NCBI RefSeq assembly: GCF_003367355.1
Contig: NZ_CP031413.1
Span: 1,126,921-1,158,920 of the forward strand
Direction: 5' to 3'
Length of the DNA: 32,000 nucleotides
Source of the DNA: Lysobacter sp. TY2-98
GTDB lineage: Bacteria > Pseudomonadota > Gammaproteobacteria > Xanthomonadales > Xanthomonadaceae
In this document: one piece after another, positions 21,503 through 29,856 of the stretch
How the letters are laid out: each line of letters starts with the position of its first letter
How positions within the stretch are numbered: the first letter of the stretch is position 1
Notes under the pieces: generated by a model
Seen by the model: the letters and a program-made list of their open reading frames with translations, nothing else
Databases searched by the model: none
Told to the model about the DNA's origin: nothing
Position numbers and translations under genes: made by a program

Positions 21503-22984
21503 ATGACCAGGCATCGACGCGCCGGCCTGTGCCGGTCGATCTGGATCACGTTGGCTGCCATGGGCGCGCTGCAGGCGACGTCCGCCTTCGCGGCCGAAGG
21601 ACGCGGCGCCGCACCTGCGACGATGACCGCAGCGGATCTCGACGCGCTGGCACTCGCGCCGCATCCACTCGAACCGCAGGCAAGCGCCGCAACACCGGGC
21701 ACGACCGAACCTGCGATCGAAGAGAACCAGGAAGCCACCGGTGAAGGCCCGCCCTCCTCGACCGAACAGGGTCAGACGCCACTGTCCGAAAGCTTCGGCC
21801 CGAAGACGCATGCGGCGTGGGTGCGCGAGACGCGGCGCAAGGCGTTCCAAGACACCAAGGCCGACGTCCAGCTGCGCAGCTACTACCTCGACCGCACCAA
21901 GTACGACGACAGCGAGATCGGCGCGTGGGCGCTCGGCGGCTCAGCCGGTTTCAAGACCGGCTACTTCCGCGAACATTTCTCGTTCGGTTCGACGGTCTAT
22001 GCGTCCGGCAAGTTGTGGGGCCCCGAAGAGAAGGACGGCACGTTGCTGCTGAAGCCGGGCCAGCACGGCTACGTCGCGCTGGGCGAGTTCTACGGCGAAT
22101 TCCTGTTCACCGAAGACGTCAAGATGACGGTCGGTGCACGCGCCTTCGACACGCCGTACATCAACCGCAACGACAGCCGCATGTCGCCGAACACGTTCAC
22201 GGCGGCGGTGGTCCAGGGCCTGCACGGCGGTGGCGACCTGCCCGAAGTGCGTTGGGGCGCGGGCTACTTCGACGAGATCAAGGAACGCAACGCGGACCAC
22301 TTCGTGTCGATGGCGCAGGACGCGGGTGCACCGGCCGGTGTGAAGCGCGGTGTGTTCGCGACCGGTGCGAACTACAAGTACAAGGGCTGGTCGTTCGGCC
22401 TGATCGACTACTACAGCAACGACATCATCAACATCTTCTACACCGAAGGAAAATACGACCTCAAGCTCGCGGACAAGAGGAAACTGACGTTCGCGCTGCA
22501 GTACTCCGACCAGCAGAGCACCGGCGACAACCTGCTGAAGGGTCGCGACTTCAAGGCGCACCAGTGGGGCGGCAAGGCCGAACTCGCCTGGAACAACGCC
22601 CTGTTCACCACCGCGTTCACCAGCGCCCGCGGCGACACCAACATGCAGAACCCGTGGAGCGGTTATCCGGGCTACACCAGCGTGCAGGTGGAGGACTTCA
22701 ACCGCGACGGCGAGGACGCGTGGATGGTGCGCGCCGGCTACAACTTCGCGAGCGTCAAGGGCCTGAGCATGTACGCGCTGTACGTCAATGGCAGCACACC
22801 GGACGCGCCCGGGCAGTTCTCGCGCCAGGAATCCGACTTCAACGTGCAGTGGAACGTGCCCGAAGGCCCGTTGAAGGGCCTGATGGTGCGCCTGCGCTAC
22901 GGCCAGGTGGCCCAGGACGATCCGGCCAGCCAGGATCTGCGCGACCTGCGCGTCATGGTCTATTACGACCCGCCGTCGCTCTGA
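21503..22984 (+). CDS. OprD-family outer-membrane porin
   Basis: The signal peptide is MTRHRRAGLCRSIWITLAAMGALQATSAFA. OprD-like blocks are visible: DVQLRSYYLDR, GGSAGFKTGYFREHFSFGSTVY, VGARAFDTPYINRNDSRMSPNTF, DAWMVRAGYNF and RDLRVMVYY. GGGAGG lies 4 nt upstream of the ATG. Confidence 0.85.
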   Translation: MTRHRRAGLCRSIWITLAAMGALQATSAFAAEGRGAAPATMTAADLDALALAPHPLEPQASAATPGTTEPAIEENQEATGEGPPSSTEQGQTPLSESFGPKTHAAWVRETRRKAFQDTKADVQLRSYYLDRTKYDDSEIGAWALGGSAGFKTGYFREHFSFGSTVYASGKLWGPEEKDGTLLLKPGQHGYVALGEFYGEFLFTEDVKMTVGARAFDTPYINRNDSRMSPNTFTAAVVQGLHGGGDLPEVRWGAGYFDEIKERNADHFVSMAQDAGAPAGVKRGVFATGANYKYKGWSFGLIDYYSNDIINIFYTEGKYDLKLADKRKLTFALQYSDQQSTGDNLLKGRDFKAHQWGGKAELAWNNALFTTAFTSARGDTNMQNPWSGYPGYTSVQVEDFNRDGEDAWMVRAGYNFASVKGLSMYALYVNGSTPDAPGQFSRQESDFNVQWNVPEGPLKGLMVRLRYGQVAQDDPASQDLRDLRVMVYYDPPSL

Positions 22985-23041
22985 CGGCGGGGAGCGCGTG
23001 ATGCGCACCGCTTCGATGCGACGCTCCCCGAAGCGCCGCGC

Positions 23042-24739
23042 ATGACCGCGCGGGCGCTCCTGCCATACGGATGGCGCGACTATCGCTGGCGGTGGTTGCC
23101 ACGCGACGCCATGGCGGGCATTACGACGGCGGCGGTCGTCCTGCCGCAGACGCTCGCCTACGCGGCGCTCGCCGGTGTTCCCGCCTACGTGGGTCTGTAC
23201 ACGGCGTGCGTCCCCGCGCTTGTATACGCGTTCGTCGGCACGTCGCGCGCGCTGAGTGTGAGCAGCACCGCAACGGTTGCGATGCTGACCGGCGCCGCGC
23301 TGACCGGGGTCGCGCCTTTTGCGAATGCGGACGAACTGGTGCGCGCGAGCGCCACGCTTTCGCTGCTCACCGGGCTGATGTTGGTGATTGCGGCCGTGCT
23401 GCGTTTCGGTTTCCTCGCGAACTTCATTTCGGCGCCGGTGCTGACGGGATTCCGTGCAGGCGTCGCGATCGTCGTTCTGATCGAACAGTTGCCGCGACTG
23501 TTCGGCCTGCACATCCGTTCCGGTCGTCGCCTGCAGGAAGTCGCCGACATGGCGATGTCGCTGCCCGACACCTCGTGGGCGACGCTGGCGCTGGGCGCGA
23601 CGTCGGTGTTCGGCATCCTCGCGATGCAGCGCCGGTGGCCGCGACTCCCCTCCACGTTGATCGCGGTGATGTTCGGTACGACGCTGTCGTTCGCGTTCGA
23701 CCTGGGCGCGCATGGCGTCGAAGTCGTTGGCCGTGTGCCGGTCGGTCTGCCCTCCCTCGTCCGGCCGAATACGGCGTTGATCGGCGAACTGTGGCCCGCT
23801 GCGATGGGCATCGCGCTGATGAGCTTCATCCAGTCCCTCGCGGCTGCGCAGAGCGTGGTGCGCGCGGGTGAGCCCTACCCGAACGCCGACGTGGAACTGC
23901 GCGCCCTGGGCATGGCCGGCGTCGGCGGGTCGCTGTTCGGCTGCCTGCCCGCAAGTGGCGCGACCATGCCGTCGACCGTCAACGACGGGGCCGGTGCGCG
24001 ATCGCAGCTGTCCGGTTTGTTCGTCGCGTTGCTCGCGCTCGTGGCGATGGAGTGGCTGGCGCCCCTGCTCGAGCGCATCCCGAATGCGACGCTCGCGGCG
24101 ATCGCGATCGTCTTCACTGCCCACCTGATCAGCCCGCGCGAGTTCGCTGCCATCCGCGCCGTGCGCCGCACGGAATTCACGTGGGCGCTGGTCGCGATGC
24201 TGGGTGTGGTCGCCTTCGGTGCGCTGCGCGGCATCGTGGTCGCGATCGTCGTGTCGCTGATGTCCCTCGCCTACCAGACGCTTCGGCCGCGCCTGCATGT
24301 CCTGCGTCGCAAGCCCGGAACGCGGCGCTTCCGGCCGCAAACGCCGCGTACATCGGACGACGAAGACGTCCCCGGTCTGCTTGTCCTACGCCCGGAAGGC
24401 CGCCTGTTCTTCGGCAATGCCGCCTACTTCGGCGAGCGCATCCAGCCGCTGATCGCCGAATCGAAGCCGCGCGTGATCCTGCTCGACCTGCGTGCCGTGT
24501 TCGACATCGAATACACCGCTTTGATGGCACTCACCGACGCCGAGGCCAAGCAGCGCGCGGCGGGGACCGACCTCTGGCTGGCCGGCATGACCCCCGACGT
24601 CCTCGAGACCCTTCGGCGCGCACCGCTGTACGCAACGCTTGGCGAAGGTCGCATCTTCGCGAGCGTTGCCGATGCGATCGCGGCGTGGGATGCCCTGCCC
24701 CACGACCGCGAGGCCGAGGTCGTGCTGGAGGACGACTGA
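23042..24739 (+). CDS. SulP-family anion permease with C-terminal STAS domain
   Basis: The N-terminus reads DAMAGITTAAVVLPQTLAYAALAGVPAYVGLYTACVPALVYAFVGTSRALSVS. A multi-helix core follows. The STAS-like tail reads LLVLRPEGRLFFGNAAYF...VILLDLRAVFDIEYTALMAL. Confidence 0.9.
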   Translation: MTARALLPYGWRDYRWRWLPRDAMAGITTAAVVLPQTLAYAALAGVPAYVGLYTACVPALVYAFVGTSRALSVSSTATVAMLTGAALTGVAPFANADELVRASATLSLLTGLMLVIAAVLRFGFLANFISAPVLTGFRAGVAIVVLIEQLPRLFGLHIRSGRRLQEVADMAMSLPDTSWATLALGATSVFGILAMQRRWPRLPSTLIAVMFGTTLSFAFDLGAHGVEVVGRVPVGLPSLVRPNTALIGELWPAAMGIALMSFIQSLAAAQSVVRAGEPYPNADVELRALGMAGVGGSLFGCLPASGATMPSTVNDGAGARSQLSGLFVALLALVAMEWLAPLLERIPNATLAAIAIVFTAHLISPREFAAIRAVRRTEFTWALVAMLGVVAFGALRGIVVAIVVSLMSLAYQTLRPRLHVLRRKPGTRRFRPQTPRTSDDEDVPGLLVLRPEGRLFFGNAAYFGERIQPLIAESKPRVILLDLRAVFDIEYTALMALTDAEAKQRAAGTDLWLAGMTPDVLETLRRAPLYATLGEGRIFASVADAIAAWDALPHDREAEVVLEDD

Positions 24740-24772
24740 GGCCGCATGCGACGTCGCCGCACGCAGCGCAGC

Positions 24773-25489
24773 TCATTCCCCTTCCCGACCCAGCCAGCGA
24801 TACAGCGCACCGCCCACCACGCCGCCTGCGACCGGCACGATCCAGAAGAACGCGAGCTGCGACAGCGCATGGCCGCCGACGAACACGGCGACGCCCGTCG
24901 ACCGCGCGGGGTTCACCGAGGTGTTGGTGACAGGAATGCTGATGAGGTGGATCAGTGTCAGGGCGAAGCCGATCGCCACCGGTGCGAGTGCGGCCGGCGC
25001 CGCACCTTGCGTGGCCCCCATGATCACGACAACGAACATCGCGGTCATGACGAACTCGCAGAGCGCAGCGGCGACCATTGAATAGCCGCCCGGCGAGAAT
25101 TCGTCGTACCCGTTCGTCGCGAACGCACCCGCCGAATTCGGGTCGACATTGAAGCCGGCCTGCCCGCTCGCGATCTGCCACAGCACGAAACCGGCAACGA
25201 GCCCGCCGAGCGTCTGCGCGATCCAGTACGGCACGAGTTGCGACGCCGGAAAGCGACCGCCGGCCCACAGGCCCGCACTCACGGCCGGATTGAAGTGGCC
25301 GCCGGAGATGCGGCCGAGCGCGTAGGCGCCGGTGAGTACCGTCAGGCCGAACGCCAGCGATACACCGAGCAGTCCGATGCCGAGTGGGTTGCCCGTGCCA
25401 CCGAAATTGGCCGCGAGTACCGCGCTTCCGCAACCACCGAGAACCAGCCAGAACGTGCCGAGGAATTCCGCGGCGAGCTTCTTCGTCAT
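24773..25489 (-). CDS. aqpZ: aquaporin Z
   Basis: Starting at [24 protein letters not shown] gives 238 aa. Both NPA boxes are present (GGHFNPAVS and SVNPARSTG). Confidence 0.9.
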   Translation of the reverse strand: MTKKLAAEFLGTFWLVLGGCGSAVLAANFGGTGNPLGIGLLGVSLAFGLTVLTGAYALGRISGGHFNPAVSAGLWAGGRFPASQLVPYWIAQTLGGLVAGFVLWQIASGQAGFNVDPNSAGAFATNGYDEFSPGGYSMVAAALCEFVMTAMFVVVIMGATQGAAPAALAPVAIGFALTLIHLISIPVTNTSVNPARSTGVAVFVGGHALSQLAFFWIVPVAGGVVGGALYRWLGREGE

Positions 25490-25588
25490 GATCGCGTCGT
25501 CCGTATCAAGCAGATCCGAATGGGGTGACATGGCACCCGCCCTGGATGTCCGCACCGCGCGATCCCTCGCGCGGCGCGGACCGCCCCG

Positions 25589-26500
25589 CTACTTCGTTGC
25601 CGTGCCGTCGCCCATTTCCTTCCAGCCGCTGTCGGGATCGAAGGTCTTCATCGCGCGGGCCGCGGCATCCGTGCCCTTGCCGAGGTCACGCTCGAAGATC
25701 ATTCCGTCCTGGCTGATGGTGAAGGTCATGACGCCCGACTTGCCGTACTCCGCCGGCCAGGCGACGAGGCCGAAGCCGCGCGTCATGTTGTCGCCGAGCT
25801 TGTAGTCGTACGCGCCACCGGGCGCCGACGGGCCCTGCCCCGTCAGGATGCGGTAGTGGTAGCCGAGGAAATCGCCCTTGGGTCGCTCATCTCCGAACAG
25901 CGGTCCGAGGGGACTGATTTCGCCGCTGTCGTCATCGGCCCAGTACAGGCCGTCGTGCTTGCCGTCGGTGCTGATCAGCTTCTGCGCGTACTCCAGCACG
26001 CGGTCGCCATCGCGGTCCTCATTCGCGTAGTCGAACTGCGCGTCGCGGTAGGCGCGCAGCGCCTGCATGACGTCGAGTTCGTTGCGACCGATCGCGCGAT
26101 TGCGGATTTCCTGCGCGCCCGACGCCAGGTCGAAGTGCCAACCGTCGGCCTTCTTGACCAGCGGGATCGGGAACACCCAGCCGTCGTCGCCGACGGTCAG
26201 CATCGACCGGTCCGCGCTGGCCGCGTTGAACGCGTGCTTCTGCCGGTACTTGGCGAGGAACGCGTCGACGTCCGAACGTTTGGGCCCGCCCTGCGCCGGC
26301 ACGTACGTCTTCCAGTCGGAGCCGAGCACGGCGCCCAGCTTGTTCGCATCGGCCTGCGTATTGCCGAGCGCGTCGACCAGCGCCTGCGCGCCGGCCTCCG
26401 GGGTCGGATACGCCTGTTGCGCGAGGGCGAGCGGCGATGCCACCAGCATCGCCACGACGAGCACACGCACCGCTTGGGTTTTGATGATTGAAGTGTTCAT
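25589..26500 (-). CDS. DUF2950-family secreted protein
   Basis: It has a signal peptide (VLVVAMLVASPLALAQQ). The blocks WVFPIPLVKKADGWHFD, GRNELDVMQALRAYRDAQFDY, DGLYW, GYHYRILT and GFGLVAWPAEYGKSGVMTF match my recollection of DUF2950. The start overlaps the upstream stop (ATGA at 26497-26500). Confidence 0.75.
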   Translation of the reverse strand: MNTSIIKTQAVRVLVVAMLVASPLALAQQAYPTPEAGAQALVDALGNTQADANKLGAVLGSDWKTYVPAQGGPKRSDVDAFLAKYRQKHAFNAASADRSMLTVGDDGWVFPIPLVKKADGWHFDLASGAQEIRNRAIGRNELDVMQALRAYRDAQFDYANEDRDGDRVLEYAQKLISTDGKHDGLYWADDDSGEISPLGPLFGDERPKGDFLGYHYRILTGQGPSAPGGAYDYKLGDNMTRGFGLVAWPAEYGKSGVMTFTISQDGMIFERDLGKGTDAAARAMKTFDPDSGWKEMGDGTATK

Positions 26501-27951
26501 CGACGACGTCCTCCGCCACCACGGCTTACCGGCGGCCGGCTCATCGAGCGTGACGCGCCACCACCGCGCGATCCGCCGTACGACCCGCCACCCCTCGACA
26601 TCGAGCTGCTGCTCGAACGGCCGCGGCTCGACGCCGCGCTCGTGTCGCGCATGCCACCGCTAGCGCCCGAGAACGCGTCACCACGCGACGAACCCGTGTT
26701 GAACGCGCCGCTGTTGCGCGCGGCATCGCGTGAACCCATGTTGCTCTGCCCGCGTTGCTGGAAGCTGTCGCGCCCGCTGCCGGGCGGACTTCCGCTCTGC
26801 CGGTTCTGGAAGCTGCGATCGCTCGCCGTCGCGCGTGCGCGGTTCTGTGCATCGGCGTTGCTGCGTGCCGGACGCTCCATGCCGGCGCGATCCATCGACT
26901 GCCGCGCCTGTTCGCGCTGTTGCGAGCGCTGTGCGTCATCGCCGCGGAAACGGTTGTCGGCTGTCTGGCGCTGGCCTTCGAAGCGGTCGCGCGTGCCCTG
27001 GTCGCGGTACGGCGTGCCTTCGCGATGCGCGCTGTCGTGCCGGAACTTGTTGTCGCCGGCCTGGCGTTCGCCGCGGCGGGTATCGCGATTCGCCTGTCGA
27101 TCGCCACGATTCGCTTCGCGGTTCACGTTGCGCTCGAAGTTGTTGTAACGGTCGACGTCGATGTTGATGTCGCCGCCACCCCAGTCCCAGTCGCCCCACA
27201 GGCCGCCGACGATGCCGACGCCGATGCCGAACATGATGCCGGCGCCGAGCGCGGCGCCCGGATACCAGTAGGCCGGCGGCGGGTAGTAGTACGGCGGATA
27301 CGCGCCCCAGCCGTAACCGGGATAGGCCCAGCTCGGGTCGTAGCTCGGTACGTAGATGACGTCCGGATCGTTCGACTCGATCACGATCGCGGTGGGGCTG
27401 GAGCCGCCGCTGACGGCTTCCGTCTTCACTGTCTGCTGCTCGCTCGACTTCAGCGTGCCCGCCTTCTGCGCTTCCGCACGGAGGCGCTGGATCGACTGCG
27501 TGACGCGGTCCGGCTCGGCGAGAAACGCGTCACCGAGACGCGTCACCCAGTCATTGTTCTGGCCGAGCGACGCCAGCACCTGGGGAAACGCGACCAGCGC
27601 CTGCACGCTCGGATCCCACGGCTTGCTCGCGACCTGCTTCACCGCGTCGTCGCCCTTGGCATTGGGGTTGGCCTTGGACCACGCGACGGCATCGGCGACC
27701 TCGCCCGGGTACGTCGAGGCCATCAACACCTGCGCGAGCAGGGAATCGGGATACAGCGCGATCGGCGCGAGCATCTGGTCGAGCTCGGCACTCGAGAACA
27801 CGGCGCTGCCCGAGCTCGCGCTCGAACTGGACGACTGTGGCGCGGCGGTCGCGAAGCCGCCCGGTACAGCGGCGAGCAGCACGAAGGCGAAGGCCACGGC
27901 GGTCGCGATCCGTGACCGTCGCGGTCGATCGAAATCACGAGGGGCGTTCAT
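26497..27951 (-). CDS. DUF3300-family protein with glycine-zipper segment and a roughly 215-aa R/G/S/D/Q-rich low-complexity tail
   Basis: It has a signal peptide and the DUF3300 core LDQMLAPIALYPDSLLAQVLMASTYPGEV...PWDPSVQALVAFPQVL. Then come the Tyr/Pro-rich YPPYYYPPPAYWYPG, the glycine-zipper GAALGAGIMFGIGVGIVGGLWG and DINIDVD. A low-complexity tail ends in SRGGGGRRR. Confidence 0.8.
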   Translation of the reverse strand: MNAPRDFDRPRRSRIATAVAFAFVLLAAVPGGFATAAPQSSSSSASSGSAVFSSAELDQMLAPIALYPDSLLAQVLMASTYPGEVADAVAWSKANPNAKGDDAVKQVASKPWDPSVQALVAFPQVLASLGQNNDWVTRLGDAFLAEPDRVTQSIQRLRAEAQKAGTLKSSEQQTVKTEAVSGGSSPTAIVIESNDPDVIYVPSYDPSWAYPGYGWGAYPPYYYPPPAYWYPGAALGAGIMFGIGVGIVGGLWGDWDWGGGDINIDVDRYNNFERNVNREANRGDRQANRDTRRGERQAGDNKFRHDSAHREGTPYRDQGTRDRFEGQRQTADNRFRGDDAQRSQQREQARQSMDRAGMERPARSNADAQNRARATASDRSFQNRQSGSPPGSGRDSFQQRGQSNMGSRDAARNSGAFNTGSSRGDAFSGASGGMRDTSAASSRGRSSSSSMSRGGGSYGGSRGGGASRSMSRPPVSRGGGGRRR

Positions 27952-28037
27952 GACGGATGACTCCTGGTGGATGGCGGCACTGCGCAGCGCTCACCGGACC
28001 CCGGATGCGCACGCATCCGCGGGAACACGAACTCGCA

Positions 28038-28056
28038 CGACCGCGGTCTGCGGTCG
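28038..28056 (-). terminator. hairpin CGACCGC-GGTCT-GCGGTCG downstream of the K+ channel gene
   Basis: A perfect 7-bp stem lies 19 nt after the channel stop (28075). A second hairpin CGGATGC-GCAC-GCATCCG sits at 28002-28019. There is only a weak T-rich stretch, so confidence is low. Confidence 0.3.
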
Positions 28057-28074
28057 CGGAGGCACGAAGGCGCA

Positions 28075-28764
28075 TCAACCCGGGCGCGTGCCATCACCCG
28101 TCTCCGCGGACGCCCGCAATCCCACCAGCCGCGCTACCAGCACGGCCAGGTAGAACTGCCCGACGATCGCTTCGAATATGGCCAGCCCGCGCGCGATCGG
28201 CGTGACCGGCGTGATGTCGCCGTAGCCGAGCGTCGCGAGGGTGACGAAACTGAAATAGATGCCGTCGTTGAGCGACATGCCGTGCGCGAACGGCTGGCCT
28301 GCAGTGAGCAGCGAGCGCGGCACCGCGGCTTCGACCGCGACATAGACCGCCCCGCAGAACACGCCCACTAGCAGGTAGGCACTGAGCGCGGCGAGCATGT
28401 GGTCCGCATCGACGGGTACGCTCGACAGCGCGTAACGAAGTGCGCGGTACGCCGCGAGCAGTGCGATCACACTCCACAGCAGGTAGCTCAGCGCGTGCGC
28501 CTCGGCGGAGACAGACCGAAGCGGCGCATAGCGCAGAACCAGCGCGATCGCGACCACCGCGAGCGTGGTCCGACGTGCGTTGTCCGACGACACGGGCAAC
28601 ACCGTTGCGAGCAACGTCAGCCCGAGAAAGACGTCCAGCAATCCGCCGCCGATGCCGAATTCCGCGGTGAGCGGCCCGATCGCGATCGATGCGAGCAGCA
28701 AGCCGAACAGCAGCGCATAACGACGCTGGTGCAGCAACCCACGGAGCGACGGGAGTCTCCACAT
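28075..28764 (-). CDS. potassium channel family protein (Ion_trans_2 type pore)
   Basis: The selectivity-filter signature is IYFSFVTLATLGYGDITP, followed by an inner helix (GLAIFEAIVGQFYLAVLVARLVG). Four additional N-terminal hydrophobic helices are present. The start lies 3 nt after the CAX stop. Confidence 0.8.
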   Translation of the reverse strand: MWRLPSLRGLLHQRRYALLFGLLLASIAIGPLTAEFGIGGGLLDVFLGLTLLATVLPVSSDNARRTTLAVVAIALVLRYAPLRSVSAEAHALSYLLWSVIALLAAYRALRYALSSVPVDADHMLAALSAYLLVGVFCGAVYVAVEAAVPRSLLTAGQPFAHGMSLNDGIYFSFVTLATLGYGDITPVTPIARGLAIFEAIVGQFYLAVLVARLVGLRASAETGDGTRPG

Positions 28765-28767
28765 GGC

Positions 28768-29856
28768 TCACCCCGACGTGTCCGGCGCGAAGTAGAAGAC
28801 CGAGCCGAGGATCAGATACACCGCGAGCAGTTGCACGCCGCGCAGCCAGTCCGATCGCCCGTCGCGCGCCACGCCGTTCACGATCAGCACCGAGAACAGC
28901 ACGCTGATCACGAGGCCGCCCCCGAACACGAGGCCCATCGGCTGCGGGCCGACGACGTAGCTGAGCAGCACCAGCAGCGGTGCCACCAGCAGCGCGAGCT
29001 GCACGCTGGAGCCCAGCACGATCGACATGGACAGCCCCATGCGGTTGCCGCGCGCCATCACCACCGCGGTCGCCCCTTCCGCCGCGATGCCGAGCGCCGC
29101 CAGCAGGAACACACCGGCGAACGCGTCGGACAGTCCCAGTGCCTGTGCGGTCGGCTCGATGCCCGCCACCAGCAACTCGCTCATCCACACCACGGCGAGC
29201 GTCGCGACGCCGAGCGTGATCGCCGCGCGTCTGGTCGACGTCGACGCGCCGTGCGCCGGCGATGCGGGTGTGCTGTCGTGGGGTTCGTCCGCACTGTTCC
29301 CGTCGTCCTCGAACATCGACCGGTTGGTGACGAGGCTGAAGACGGCGTACGCCACGTAGACGGCGATCAGCACGACCGAGATCCACAGGCTGATCGATTC
29401 GAGCGAGGCGTCGTCTTCCGGCGCCACGACACGGAACGCGGCCGGCATGATCAGCGCGATCACCGCAAGCGTCAGCATCGTGGCCTGCGAACTCGCGGCC
29501 ACCGCGTTGTAGCGCTGCGATTGCCGGCCGATACCACCGGCCAGCATCGACAGGCCGAGCACCATCAGGATATTGCCGATGATGCCGCCGATCAGCGCGG
29601 CCTTGACCATGCCGTAGAGGCCTTCGCGCAGCGCCGCCAAGGTAATGATCAGTTCCGCCGCATTGCCGAAGGTCGCGTTGAGCAGGCCGCCGATGCCGGG
29701 CCCGTAGCGTTCGGCGAGCACCCCGGTGGAGTGCGCCATCAGCGCAGCGAGCGGGACGATCGAGATGGCGGCCGCGGCGAAGATCAGCATCGGCCGGTCC
29801 GGCACGATGAATTCGAGCAGGATCGCGAGCGGAACGAAGATCAGTAGCCACTTCAC
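28768..29856 (-). CDS. cax: Ca2+/H+ (cation/proton) exchanger, CAX family
   Basis: Alpha-repeat motifs are GNAAELIITLAAL and a second GIAAEGATAVVMA. There are about 11 TM helices with a central acidic loop (FEDDGNSADEPHD). The GTG start overlaps the OMF stop (GTGA at 29853-29856). Confidence 0.85.
   Translation of the reverse strand: MKWLLIFVPLAILLEFIVPDRPMLIFAAAAISIVPLAALMAHSTGVLAERYGPGIGGLLNATFGNAAELIITLAALREGLYGMVKAALIGGIIGNILMVLGLSMLAGGIGRQSQRYNAVAASSQATMLTLAVIALIMPAAFRVVAPEDDASLESISLWISVVLIAVYVAYAVFSLVTNRSMFEDDGNSADEPHDSTPASPAHGASTSTRRAAITLGVATLAVVWMSELLVAGIEPTAQALGLSDAFAGVFLLAALGIAAEGATAVVMARGNRMGLSMSIVLGSSVQLALLVAPLLVLLSYVVGPQPMGLVFGGGLVISVLFSVLIVNGVARDGRSDWLRGVQLLAVYLILGSVFYFAPDTSG

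Noticed and set aside
24740-24772. The palindrome GCGACGTCGC (24748-24757) between the convergent SulP and aqpZ stops, considered as a terminator.
   Set aside because: A 10-nt self-complementary sequence leaves no loop, giving at best a 3-4 bp stem. It has no U-tract, so it is not credible as an intrinsic terminator.
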